From assembly GCA_043228905.1 (NCBI GenBank), contig JBHGNT010000007.1:7998001-8062000 (forward strand): DNA of 64,000 nucleotides, in the 5' to 3' direction. A model generated the notes under the pieces. The model did not search any database and was not told the origin of the DNA. It saw nothing but the letters and a program-made list of their open reading frames with translations. A program made the position numbers and the translations under genes. Source of the DNA: Azolla caroliniana. Its lineage: Eukaryota; Plantae; Polypodiophyta. This document shows, piece after piece, positions 32,802-46,085 of the stretch (position 1 is the stretch's first letter; each line of letters opens with the position of its first letter).

Positions 32802-35800
32802 TCAGTGGGGAAGCCAAATCTTGTTCTTAGTGCCAAGAATCCAGTTCTGGCATGCATCCCTAGTAACTAATATTGGGTTACTGTTATTAGTCAGTTGTCT
32901 CTGTTCATTGATGTTGAGAACTAGGCTATCCAGAACAGCATCTATGGTATGGCTCATACTCAGTCCTAATTGGAGAGCCAAGTGAAGGCTTCTCACCTCA
33001 TGGGCTCTCTCGGGGTTATCTTGAAGAATGGCATTTTTTCGAAGTGATGAGAAGCTATCAGGTGTTTGATCGTCCACCTGTGAGAGGCATTGCTGATGAT
33101 GATATCGGTCTTCATGCTCATTATGCATATATATTTTACCGCTTTCTACAATCAATACCACTCCTTCGTCTATTCTTTCGAGACACATATAAACCATTGT
33201 GTTTGCAATCTCGTCCTGATGTTGACCTCCATTCTCTCCAGAGTATTCATAAAAGAACCTTGACATCACATTCAACACGGTATTATGCTTTGGATTCTTG
33301 ATTGTTGTGCTGCAAAAGAAAATCAGCTATCTATTAACTTATTCTATCTATGCGAGTGGCTCATGTTACAGTGGGATTAAATGAAGATACAAACCATGCT
33401 TTAGGTTGTATTGAATCACTAATAGAGATAGACTCATACACAAAACGGTCCAGCATAGCACTTAAGAGGCATTCTACCTCTTCAGGAAAGCAGTTAAAGA
33501 GAAGAAATCTCCCTGTATCAAATTGAATAGTCATTAACTAACAAGATCTTCTTGAACTCAATAAAATTGAAGTAAAAAATGAACTATGAGAAGTTCCCAT
33601 TAGACTTAGACATGAAATCCTTAGAGCTTTGAGGCCAAAAACTAAAATATGAGTTTGATCTTTCCAACCTTACCGCAACCTATGATAGCTGCTAGTTGCA
33701 GGTTCACAGTAGGAGCATACAAGAATGGAAAGATGAGGTGTGAAACATTCCCGAATGTGATCTTATCATGATGCATATAGATCATATCCATTAAAGCTGA
33801 AAGCATATACTCTCTAAAGCTGAAATCTTCAAGGTAGAGTGATGTCTCGAAGAGCTGAAAGAGCTTGGAAAAGACATAGTGAGAATGGAAGCTACAAGCT
33901 ACGGCAAGTTTGAGAGCTTGAAGACGAGCCTCTTTAGTGGGAGATTGTAGACCTCTTCTTATGAAACAAGACAATCTGCTTTCTTCCGCATTATCTTGTC
34001 CATTAGAATCCATATGGTTGTTTGCTCCTTCTAGTATATACTGCTGGGTCAAGAAACCTGTTAGACTAAATTAATCTAAAAACTGGAGTCCATATATCAG
34101 TAGCCTAATTTTCCTAATTAATTTTGTGAGATAAAAGAACTGTTCATATCTTAGCCTAATCAAGTGTTGTATCCTAACAAATAAAAAACATATGCACGTC
34201 CGCTTCTATAAATCTTCAGAAATACAAAAAACTGTTGATATCTTAAATAGAGCATCCTTCAGTATGTATTTCAACAGATCAAGAACATACCATCTCAGCT
34301 TTATTTTTGCAAATTCAAATTGTCTGAGGTAAAATAACTGTTCATATTCTAAATAGATTGCATTGATAGCCCTTCATCGTGTGAACTACTAAACGACATG
34401 CCTCATCTTGGTTTTCTATGAGGATCATATATTGCTGAACTGCATTCTCTGCAAAATACTTGAGATATTGTTCTCAACTCATCTTTGTTCTCTATTATGA
34501 AGCATAGACTGTGCACCATTTTTCTCAAACATTTCTGTAATCTGAGAAAACTATGTAAGCTTAAATTTCCCATTAAATGTTTCTGTCATCGCTACAGGAA
34601 CTGTAAGGTCTTATTCAGTGCTTATTTTTTGTAACCTCAGCGTTATTTAAGCTTACTTTTCCAATAAATGTGTTGACCATTTGTCTCGAGGCTTATTTCT
34701 CTTTTATTTTTTTGCATTCTCTTTCTTCCGTTATCTAAGTGAGCATGATTTCCGTTTCATTTTCTCAATTGCACACTGAAAATACTGATCAATCAAGAAT
34801 GTGCATTATCTGATCAAGAGAGTTTTTTTCCCACAGTGAACGTGCAGGATATGCAACATTTGATCTCAAAAGATCAAGAAGAAAATGAGCTCAGCATGAT
34901 TTTATGAATGACGGTGCAGAAAATTCTCCAACGTATCTCTAAAAGTCTATTCAATGGATCAAGAAAGCTTCTGTTCCTCTCAAACGTGCAGGTTTTGCAA
35001 CATTATCTCAATAAATAAAGGACTTGTCTTGATTTGACAAATAACGTGCAGACAAATCTAGCGTATCAGGAAGAATAGATCAAATGTGCAGGAGATGCAA
35101 CAACACATCTCAGATGAAGAAGAATACTCAAAGATGTAAGTACACCATCATTCTCCAGGATCGTATCCCATGAAGAACTTCCAGAGGAAAGGTCTCCGAT
35201 TCCAGAATTATAGGAAATCATATAAACGTAATTTATAGCCACGCCTCAAAGAGTTTTGCTTTTCTAACATTAAATGTGCAGTAAATGCAGCAAAACCCCA
35301 GTTAGCCAAGAAGAATATATAAAACACATCTGATTTCTGGAAAACTTGCAGAGAAATGATGTATAATTCTCCCATTCGAGTATTGCATCATCAACGCTTA
35401 ATCACCATACCTCTAAGAGATGTTTTTCATCGCAAATATTCCAGCAAATCTCTTGTTCCAACACACAAACCTTCGCCTGTATACAGGAATTCTGATCCAT
35501 CTCATGATTGTTACAGCGTATATTACAGGCAAAAAGCTTCTTCATAGCTTCATCTATGGCGTTTCTGAGGAGGTGAAAGCTATGTTCCAATGATTCTTTA
35601 GCGAATTCAAAGGCAGAACGAACAGCTAAAAGCTCGGAGGACATCATTTTATTCTCCACATCTTCCAAATCCGGAGAAAGATCAGACGGTAAGAGAGAGT
35701 GGAGGATGAGATCGGAAGAGAGAAAGAATCTGGTGGTACGGAGAGGAAGCTCAAAACCGGAATCTCTAAGCGTGAGGAGAATGGAACGGAGGGAAGGAAC

Positions 35801-36013
35801 GTCTCTGCAGCGAGAGATGAAGCCGAAGCGATGGAGTAGAGGCAAGATGTGTGGCTCAACAATGGAACTCGTGACTTCGGCAGAGGAGGATGGTGCAGAG
35901 ACAAGGTTGTGAATATAGAGAGAGAAGAGGCGCCAGAAGTATATAGACGGAGTCGAGGCTTCCACGGCGTCTGCAGAAGGAGGAGGAGGAGAAGTGGAGA
36001 CGGCAGCTTCCAT
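32802..36013 (-). CDS. Multi-exon HEAT-like protein resembling the condensin CAP-G (Cnd3) C-terminal domain; exons approx 36013-35411, 34059-33672, 33511-33395, 33310-32802
   Basis: ARLQALKLAVAC...MLSALMDMIYMH...LQLAAIIGCGK resembles the Cnd3 pattern; GT/AG junctions; exon structure only partly resolved. Confidence 0.5.
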
Positions 36014-36440
36014 GGCAGCAGTAACAACAAACAAACAAACAAACAAACAGGAGGAGATTTCCCACCGACGACTGACTGCAGGTTCATGAAATCCCTAAGA
36101 TTGTTGTTGTCACAGCAGCAGGAATAATGCAGGAGATCATCATCATCATCATCACCATGATCCACTCCCATGGAATGGAATGGGAAGAAGAATCACATGA
36201 GCTCGGACATGGATGTTGGGGAAACAAATTTCTTTTATTATCAAGACACATTTCGCGAACTCTGTAAACATGTATCATGTTAAACCATATGATTTTTTTC
36301 AATTTATTACACATATGTGGTAAATCCCTATTCGAATTTGGTTGATCTATCTTACAGGTTCACTCTGATGTAATACTCAACTTTTGCCGAACATATTTCA
36401 TGACATTCTTGGTCATAAACCCTAAACCGAACAATTTAAA

Positions 36441-36456
36441 CCGTTAAGCCGTTTGG
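36441..36456 (-). promoter_or_regulatory. Paired AACGG (MSA-like) motifs upstream of the CAP-G-like gene
   Basis: Minus strand CCAAACGG-CTTAACGG about 430 bp upstream of the ATG; telo-box AAACCCTAA at ~36417. Confidence 0.3.
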
Positions 36457-36904
36457 TTTCACGTTGATTGTTATTCGCAACTACAATCACATAGGCTTAA
36501 AAACACCTTATCCCATTCAGCTATATATATGGTCCCGTAGACTACCATATTACACATGTAAGTATAGACTCAATACATCATGATGTATAGTCGATATATG
36601 ACAATAACCTATGACAATCTAGTCTAATATTGTTTTCAATGGGTAAATGTGATTTGGGTTTCATTTGGGGAATTTAAGAGTGAAAACCACTTTTGTGGGC
36701 ACAATGATTGCATTTCATTCGTGTATTTGTATTTGCAAACAATGCCTCCAAGATGACAACATGGTTAAGCCTTAGGGATTTGCTATGAATATTCAAAATA
36801 GAGATCATGTATTGTAAAGACATTTTATGTCACCCCAGTGGTTTTTAAAGCATCTTAATGTTGTAACAATACCTTGATTCTCAGAATGTATCGATGAGGT
36901 AAAA

Positions 36905-39235
36905 AAAAACAACTTAAATTGTATATTCACAAGAACAAGAATGACCACCAACATTACAAAGAGAGAGAGGAGGGTGCTTATAAGATCACCCTCTCTCTAC
37001 ATTCTCTCACTAAAACCACCTCTCCGGAAAAGGGGGAAACTTAACTTAACTCAATAAGGTGGTGTGTTCACACACTTCTATATCTTTAGAGTGTGTTCAC
37101 ACACTAGGTCGACATCGTTTGAAGATTCGTACTGAAATGTTGAAGGTCGACATCCCTCGCAATGACACGTTCCCGGATGAAGTGGTAGTGCACATCCATG
37201 TGCTTTGTCTGAGCATGGGAGACCGGGTTTCGAGCAAGGTGGATATTGATGAGATTGTCACAGTAAATCAAGATTGGATCGTTGATTGAAACATCTAGAT
37301 CTTTCAAGATCATCTTAAGCCATACGGCTTCACATGCAACAATGGTCGGCCCCCCAATATTCAGCCTATGTGCTTGACAATGCAACAACCAACTACTTCT
37401 TACTGCTCCATGATATGGCTCCACTTCTAAGAGAGACCGCGAACCCCGAGGTGGAGTGTTGGTCCACATTGTAGTTGGCCTAGTCCACATCGGTGTACCC
37501 TTTGAGCCAAATCAGCATCGCTGACGTGTAGAGAATGTCGTAATCCATAGTGCCACTCAATTATCGTAATACTCGCTTAGCACAATCTAGAATATGAATA
37601 TCGTGTGACATTTGCATGAATTGACTAAGGAGGCGGACCGGATCTAGTTGAGATCGGGTTGGGTGATATTGAGGTAGATTAGGCTTCCTACTAGTTGTCG
37701 ATAGCTTGTCGGCTCACATTTTGAGGTGTCGTAGTCAACATCCAATTTCAATTTTTGATCGAGATGGGTCAACACATGCTTGCATTCGGTCATTTGAACT
37801 TGAATAATAGGTTTAGGATGTAGTATCATTGGGAGATCATGATGTCGTTAGGAGTCCGAATCACTTCAACACCCAGGAAATAATGAAGCTCTTTCATGTC
37901 CTTCATCTCGAAATTGCCGGAGAGGAGGATCTTGATGTTGTTGATGTCGGTTAAATGTTCTCCTCCAATCACCAAGTCATTGACATAGATGATGATGAAT
38001 ATTTGACCACTTGAGTCGCTTCAGATGACTAAGGAATTGTCGAACTTTGAACATCTGAAAGCCTATTCAGTGAATATATTGTGTTATCTTCGAATGCCAA
38101 GCTCATGGCGCTTGCTTAAGGCTGTAGAGAGGTTCTTTGAGTCGGCATACCACATGTGGATGTGTGCTCGACTTGAATCCGGGTGGTTGTACCATGTAGA
38201 CCTCCTTTTCTAGCTCGCCTTAAGGAACACATTCTTCACGTCCATTTGATGGAGATGCCATCCTTTCATCGTTGCAAGTGCAAGTATAGTCCAAATAGTT
38301 GTCATCTTTGCCATGGGAGCAAATGTCTCCTCATATTCGACACCATGTGTCTATGCGTAGACTTTTGCTACAAGTTAGGCTTTGTACCGATTGACCGTAT
38401 CGTGGGCATTGTATGTCACCTTGTACATCCATTGGTAGCCTATGCTTTCTTTCGAGGTGAGGGTGGAACAAGGTCCCAGGTTTTGTTCTTGCTGAGGGCT
38501 TGCATTTCCTCGTTCATCGCTTCTATCCATCATGGATTTTGAGCAGCTTCAACAAAGCTTTATGGCTCACGTACGGTTGCTATTTTCATCATAAAGGCAT
38601 AATAGTATTGCCATGTAACCGTTGTAGCCGAACCAAGTGACTAAGTTCTTTTCTCTACTCGAGCATTAGAGTTTCTCATTTGTTGATACAAGAGCTTTCT
38701 TTACTTTGGGTGTCCTCATGATAGGGACACCAAAGTCATGCTTGACTAAGTGTGTCGAGCCATCCGCATCACTCTCGTTGGAGTGGTCAACCTCATATTT
38801 TGGCAGCTTAGCCTTTCCTCTATTCGATGCAGTACTTGTTCGAAATGTGCTTTGGTTGCTCAGAGGCTCTTGTGGTCCACTCGACATGGTTGAGATAACA
38901 CTTTCCTTTGGTATCTATTGAGAGATCAAGCTCAACTTAGTTTAGTTATTTAGTCAACCATGTAACTTCGTAGTTACCTAGATAGAATCTAGTTAGAAGT
39001 GTTGACTATAACGCCTTAAATAAGACCTTGTACTTAAGTGAGATATTCTAGATCCTCCACTCCCAAGTACATTTAATACAGGACTTACACCATTGTACCT
39101 ATATTCTCCTCACACATGTGCACACTTGCACATGAGATCTATATATACCTCATTGTGGGTATTTTTGTATTTGATGATGATAATGCTAATTTAATATAGT
39201 TACTCATCCCCCATCTTCTGTTGTTCATAAGTGTA

Positions 39236-39315
<80 letters not shown>

Positions 39316-39480
39316 ACACATACACATAATCTTCCGCTTAACTTAATCACATAATTAGGTACTAATTAACCCTTGCTTAATTACCTAGTTATTAACAGTA
39401 TCAAACTTGGCCGAATGTCATCCTCCGAGTGTATGTCCACCGCTTCCTCAATCGGTTCGGATGGAGCTGAGATGGGTTCA
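36905..39480 (-). mobile_element. Degenerate Ty1/Copia element (RT-RNase H and 3' LTR remnant), interrupted by a solo LTR
   Basis: YCDNL...NPVSHAQTKHMDVHYHFIRE; YRQLVGSLIYL; many stops. Confidence 0.85.
38916..39397 (+). repeat. Solo LTR of the same family as 19326-19759, with TSD GTATC and expanded (CT)n(CA)n
   Basis: Clear alignment with 19326-19759; GTATC at 38911-38915 and 39398-39402. Confidence 0.92.
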
Positions 39481-41897
39481 TACCATATGTTGTTTTGTCA
39501 AATACAACATCCCGACTCACACAAACCTTTCGGGTGGAGGGGTTGAATCACTTGTTACCCCTTTTGCTCAAGTGAGTACGCCACGCGAATGCATTTTCCT
39601 GATTTCAGGTCAAGCTTTTGTTGGCGTTTGAGACCGTCAGTGCGGAAACAAGAACATCTATGCTTAGAAGATCACCAAGTTAGCATGGTAGAGGAAGATC
39701 AAGGAGAGAGAGAGAGAGAGAGAGAGAGAGACAACAATAACACACGATATGGAACTTAGAGTTACAATAAAATGGAGACAGCCACCTTAGGTTAGGTTAC
39801 AAAGCCAATTATATACTAATTGGGCTAGGGAAACTACCCTTTGACATATTTACAGAGTTGTCCTAAACCTAGTTTGTCCACGAGACTGTGTGAAAACGAC
39901 CATTATACACCCGTATTCGACACCCCCCCGTAACGAGTGTATACATTATGGAGAAACCTGTAATATAAAATAAGATGTTCAGGTTATACAAAGAGATGCT
40001 TGAGTGGATCAACATGTAGCCGAATCGATGACGATCGAGAGAAAAACACAGACTGAATCAGTTGGTTCAAGTGCAGAAGCTGATTCAGTTGTCAAGACCG
40101 AGTGCTCGAAGCTATCTCTGTTGGCCAACTCGATCAGATTGAATACTCCTTAAGTCCATCTGGTGACCAAGTAACTGAGACACTTGGTCACCCTGTATGA
40201 CACGTTGTCGATCGTGGAGATCTTCTCAAGGCCGAGATTCCCTAAAGTTACACAATCTCGAACAAAGTGATACTGAATGTGGGTATTCTTGGAGGCTTTG
40301 TGATGAATCGGATTCTTCGACAAAGCAACAACACCCTGACTGTCACTTTAGAAAATTGGAGCCGAATCGGGGTCGACTTGTCGAAACGTACACACCGACC
40401 GACCGACCCATAGAGCCTCTTTCACCACATTGGACGCGGCTACGTATTCAACCTCGGTCTTTGAAGTCGTCGTTCACTCTTGAAGTTTCGACTTCCACGA
40501 AATTGCTCCATTGCCGAATTTGAAGCAATATTCGGTTGTTGACTTTTGAATATCCACACAACCGACAAAGTCTGAGTTGGTGTAACCGACTACGCCTAGG
40601 TTATTGTTCGAACTGAAGAGGATGCCAAGGTCTTGTGTGCCCACTAGGTATCCGAGTACATTCTTGACTGTATTCCAATGCGATTGGCCTGGGTGTGCAT
40701 GAATTTGTTGATGACTCCTATTGCGTGAGCAATGTCAGGCTGTGTCGCAACCATCGCATACATCAAGGAGCCAATTGCCGGTGCATACGGTACCAATTTC
40801 ATATCTTCCCCCCTGACTAGATGTCAGACAGTCTCACTGAGATAGCCGAAGGTTGATGGGAGTGTGGTCGAAGCATATTTGGCCGATTGCATGTTGAAGC
40901 GCCCCAATACACGTTTGATGTAGTCGGCTTGAGAGTTGATTCCGGAGCCGACTGATCTTCATTTTGAGTATGTGTTGAGGGGAACCTAGGTCCTTCATTG
41001 CGAACTTCAACTACAGTTGCCGAACAAGATCGACAAGCTCGCAGGCATGACAGGCAGAGAGTAGCATGTCATCCACATATAAGATGAGGAAGATAGGAGA
41101 CCCATCTTGAGTTGTTTTCGTGAAGAGGTAGTTATCCTCATCGCTCTTTGAGAAGCTGATTGATTGGATAAAATCGTCGAACTTCTTATACCACTGTCGG
41201 GGTGCCTAATTTAGGCCATAAAGACTCTTTCTAAGTCGACAGACTAGATGCTCTTGGCCAACTGCAACGAAGCCTTTCGGTTGCTCCATGTAAATTTCCT
41301 CTTCTAGGTCGCCATGGAGGAAGGTCGTCTTCACATCTAACTATATAAGCTCCAAGTCCTCCGCTGCCATTACGATGAGTAGGAATCTAAAGGTGGTTAT
41401 TTTCATCACTAGTGAAAAAATGTCATCAAAGTCGACGCCATATTGCTATCAAAAAACCTTCACGACTAATATGGCCTTATACTTGGGACAAACAGAATAC
41501 GACGTCTCTTTGAGTCGATAGACCCATTTGCACAGAAGAGCACGTCGGTTGTTCGGTAGTTCGACTAAGTCCCATATTTTTTTGTGCTAGATGGAGTTAA
41601 TCTCTGACGCCATCGTTAAGTGCCAGGTGGCGGAATCGGCGCATGTCGATGTTTCTGTTAGGAATATGTCCCTCCTATGGGAGGAGCCGACGAGTTGGAC
41701 CGAGAGCCGACAATCGAAAACAAGGAGTGGTTGAGAACCAACAATCGATGTCATAAAGAGTCGACTACAAACGATCCAAGTCGAAGACAAGACCGACTAG
41801 TCGGGCCGACCAGAGTGTCGACGACAAGGCGGACTAATCATGCCGACTAGACAGTCGACACTAAAGTCGACTAGTCAATTTGTCGGTTGATCAAGTA

Positions 41898-42550
41898 CTA
41901 TTATTATTAGATGGAAAACTACATGGATAAACAATGAGAAACTACAGTTCATCTTTTATGCCAAGGAGCACATGAGATGGAAAGAAGATTCCTATATGTT
42001 TTCTACTTTGAGTCTTTGAGTTTGTTTATTGGCCTATCATGGCTACAACGTTGTCAAACTAATCATTTTGTCATGTATGTAGAATTTCTACTAATGAAGA
42101 ATATTTTTTTGGAGAAAAAACCCTGCTATTAATATTAGTATAATAATTGAAGTGAGAGTAGTAGGGACTACATTTGTAAATAGCCCATAAGGTGTATAAG
42201 TATAAATACACTTAAGGCACAACTTTAGATGTAGAGCAGAGTGTAGCAGAACTAAAAGTGTAGAGTTCTTGTAGCAAAATATAGTTATAGAGAGAGAGGT
42301 TAGTGAGTGCGTGAGAGAGAGCGGCAACAGAGTTTAACGAACTTGCCAAGAACCCTAAGTGGTTATTCTCTGAGATTCAGAGAAGAGTTGTAACCGTTCT
42401 TTGTACTCTTTTGTGTATAGTGGAAGATATGTTCTCCCATGGTTTTTTCCTTGTTTAGGGTTTCCACGTAAACACTGTGTATTCTATGTGCATTTTTTGT
42501 TTTTCCAAATTGTTGCATATTTCCTAGTTGGTCTTTCTCACGAATCATAA
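41898..42550 (+). repeat. LTR-like insertion within the Copia relic
   Basis: AT-rich block interrupting coding sequence; TATA and GGGTTTCCACGTAAAC motif as at 1-40; ends uncertain. Confidence 0.5.
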
Positions 42551-42824
42551 GGATTGAATCCCGTCAGCTTCTTCGTATGACGTGGGCTTGCCGGCGTCCG
42601 TGAAGAAGATTATGGGAGAGTATCTCTCCGGTGGTTGAGACAATCATTCAGACTGTCTAGGGACGACTAGGCTCGTTGGATCATCGTTGAGGATCATCTC
42701 TTGGGTAATTGATCCACTATGTGGATCGCAACATAGGCTGCTCTCTGAGTTAGCGGGTCTTGGGGAGGAGGCGCCTTGCCGTGTTGCTGCTCGAGTGTGG
42801 AGTGTTGGGCCATCAGGAGGAGTC

Positions 42825-42916
42825 TGTCAGGAATAGTACTGAGACAGAGAAGAAATTAGTACTAAGAGAGGAATATTAGTACTAAGAGGAATAGAGGGTG
42901 TAGAACACTCGAGAGA

Positions 42917-42952
<36 letters not shown>

Positions 42953-43271
42953 GTGAGAGATCGAGGGAGAGAAAATGATGATGACAACGATATATTATGT
43001 GATAAGAATATAAAATGAAGGCTAAGAGGCCTAAGACTGACGTTGAACCGATTTGGTTTGAAATAATGCCTTGTGCCTCCTTTTATAGTGTTCTCAAGAG
43101 TAATCCTGAAGCTTCTAGAATGTTCCAGAGAAATCTGAAATATACATTAATTTTCTATAGTAAAACGTAAATAAAAATAATATCCTATGTATTATAATAG
43201 ATAGTGTAATGGTCAAGAGCTCGACCCATGTAACATAGGGTCATGGGTTTGAGTCTTGCCATATCATGACA
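42825..43271 (-). repeat. Solo LTR (TGTCA...TGACA, TSD GAGTC) containing a tRNA-like segment
   Basis: GAGTC at 42820-42824 and 43272-43276; host Copia sequence resumes on both sides; A/B-box-like motifs at 43202-43255. Confidence 0.8.
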
Positions 43272-43925
43272 GAGTCAAGGCGTTTGAAAATGTGACTCTT
43301 CTTACTTCAATCGGCCTTTCAGCCAGCTTGTGCATTTTCGACTCATTGAAAACGACGTCCGAACTTCGGATGATTTGTCTATTTTCTGAATCCCAGATTC
43401 GGTAGCTGAATTCTCCTTTTGATCCATAACCAAGGAAAATACATTTCTGGGATCGTGGCTCAAGCTTTCGGCGATCATCCTTAGGCAAAAGTGTGAATCG
43501 GTCCAAAGCTCTGCAGGGATTTGAAGTCCTCGGGGCCTACTCGGTGACATGTTGATTATGTCCACTACAATGAGTGGCACCTTGATCTAGAAACCATTCG
43601 TTAGTCCGACATGTTACATCATGGCGACAATTCGCTCCTGAATTATCCAATTCATTCTTTCTGCAATGTCTTTTTGTTCCAAACTATATGAAGTTGTCGA
43701 CTCTCATCTGATGTCGTGTTGTCGGCAATATTTTACGAATTCGTCCGATTGGAATTCTCCACCATTATCCGATCTTAAGCATTTTAGCGTTCGACTTGAT
43801 TGGTTTTCGACCATTGCAAGCCACTGTTGAAAGATTGTGAGCACCCGATCTTTGGTTCTTATTAGATACACCCACACTTTTCTTGTCGAGTCGTCAATGA
43901 ACGTGATGAAGTATGAGGACCTATT

Positions 43926-44523
43926 TAGCAATGGGCCCAGTTCGGTTTCGGTGCCTTGAAACCAAACCTAACCCTTTATATAAAACAAAAACCAAACCAA
44001 ACCATTTATGAACATTCGAACATTTAAACCAAACCATTTTAAAAAAAGGTTAACTAAACCATTTAAACCAAAACATTTTAGGGAAAAGTTAAAACCAAAC
44101 CGAACCATTTAATAAAGAGTTTAAACCTAACCACATTTAAGTCGAGCTAATTAAAAAATTAATTAAATAAAAATACACAAAATTAAATAAGCATTTATGT
44201 TAAAATAAATAAATAAGATTAATTGAGCCATTAGATTAAATAAACAATTAAGTTAAACCATTAAGTTAAGACATTTATGTTAAGTGAATTAAATCAATGG
44301 AAAACATTAATTAAACCATTAAATTACATAAACATTTAATGGATAAAAAAAGATAGCCCAAAAACCTATAAACCCTAGTTTCAAAACCAAACTGAATTGA
44401 AACCGAACCGTTTATTATTAATTAAAGCCAAACCAAACCATTTAATTATTTTGGAACTTATAAACCTTTAAACCATGGTTTAACAGTTTGGTTCGGTTTA
44501 AGCCGAAACCGGGCCCATTGCTA
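43926..44523. mobile_element. hAT-type MITE
   Basis: TIR TAGCAATGGGCCC/GGGCCCATTGCTA; 8-bp TSD GACCTATT/GACCTGTT; many subterminal AAACC(G) repeats; AT-rich core. Confidence 0.88.
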
Positions 44524-46085
44524 GACCTGTTGAGAGACTGATGTGGTATCGGGGCACAAACGTCTGAATGGACCAAGTTGAGGGGACTCGACTCTCTCAA
44601 CTCTCTAGTCGGGTGTGAGGTGACTTTCTATTTGTCGTATTGGTAATGCTCACAGAACTGGTGGTCGGAGAATGATAGCTTGGGGATGTATCCGACTCTA
44701 GATAGATGTGTTATGCCGACCTTGAGGAGGTGTTTGAGTCGTCCATGTCATAGTGATGACATAAGAATGTCGACAAGGAACAAGTCATGCTCTTTGAGTG
44801 TGACATATAGGGGGTAGAAGGAATGTACTTTCGGACCTTGAGCAAGCAGGAGGTTCCCTTTGTGGAGTGTCCACCCTCCTGGAGAGAAGCCAACACGAAT
44901 GTCGTCTTCGTCAACTTGTCCAACCGAAATAAGTGGTCTGGAGAGCTCTAGGACGTGTCAGACATTGTGTAGTACTAATGTAGAGCCACTTGGAAGGTTG
45001 AGCTCTACAATGCCAATTGTGCCAGGCTGAATATTGTTGAAACTGCGATCAATGAGGGGTCACGTGGTAGGATGCGCCTGAATCCAAGAGCCATGTGCTC
45101 GACTCTTCAGTCGTAAGCATAACTTCTGATTCAATTGAGTTCTTTATGAAGAGGATGTTTGGGTTGTTTGTCAATACTTCGGCTGATGAGCCGACGTAGT
45201 TGACCTCCTCATGCTGGCCACCCTTCTGATCAACTCGTTGAGGTTTATCATTCTTTGCTTTGAGGGCGCCACAACCGGCCTTGATGTGTTTGGGTTTCTT
45301 GCAATAATTGCATGTTCGATTATCCTGGGACTTGCTCCGGCTTCACGTATTGCTCAGCGATCAGGAAGAACTTCTTCCTCGGTTGTTCGATCGATCAGTC
45401 GAACCTTGTACTACGTAGGCGTCAATGGTTGAATCGTTTGTAAACGATTTCCTCCGAGCAGCTTCTGTCAGGATTGACCCATGTATGATGTGACTTTGAA
45501 GTATTTCATGGTGGCAATCGACGCTTTGCACATTGTTGTAACGAAAGTTTCCCACGAAGGGGGGAGACTGCTCATTAAAAGCATAACTTTTAGCTAATCC
45601 TCCATCATCGTCCCACTCGTTTAGGTGTGTTTGGACCGAGTGAGAGTCTTTCATCTAAAGGTTGTAAATGTGTCGAATCAAATATATCCTTGTGGCGGCA
45701 ACCTTCTTTTCATAGGTATCCGAAAGGCAGTCAAACACGATTGCAATGTGAAGTATTCTGTCTCCGACAAGTGCATCCGAATTGTGACGCGGACGATTCT
45801 GTCAAGCTTCTACCACTCATTCAGCTTGTATCCTTCTAAAGCGTTTTCAGTCTCGATTGGATCGATCTGACCCTTGACTATATAGATAGTCCTGCATATG
45901 CTCCTTCCAGAAGTTGAAGTTCGATCCATTGAACTTCCTTAGACTCATCTCTGATGAGCCGCATGTTGATGCCATCTGTGTTGGCCTTGGGAGGTTCTAT
46001 CCAGAATTGACTACGAACAATGGAAGGGTGCAACCGATTAGCTCACCTGAATTCGTTCTAGCCGGATCTGGACATGAGTTTGCCG

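Larger units (their letters stand above)
39619..45975 (-). mobile_element. Degenerate Ty1/Copia (Tnt1/Tork-like) element with 3' LTR 39619-39922, hosting three later insertions
   Basis: gag start MASTCG...RKFNGSNFNFWKEHMQDYL at 45975; INT FIDDSTRKVW, LRSDNGGEF, RKLEPRSQKCIFLGY; RT at ~40560-41620; G-rich PPT at 39923-39929. Confidence 0.85.

Noticed and set aside
41700-41885. Dense GTCGAC/CGACTAG repeats resembling an array
   Set aside because: Low-complexity Copia INT-RT linker altered by C>T decay; no constant repeat-spacer structure, not CRISPR.
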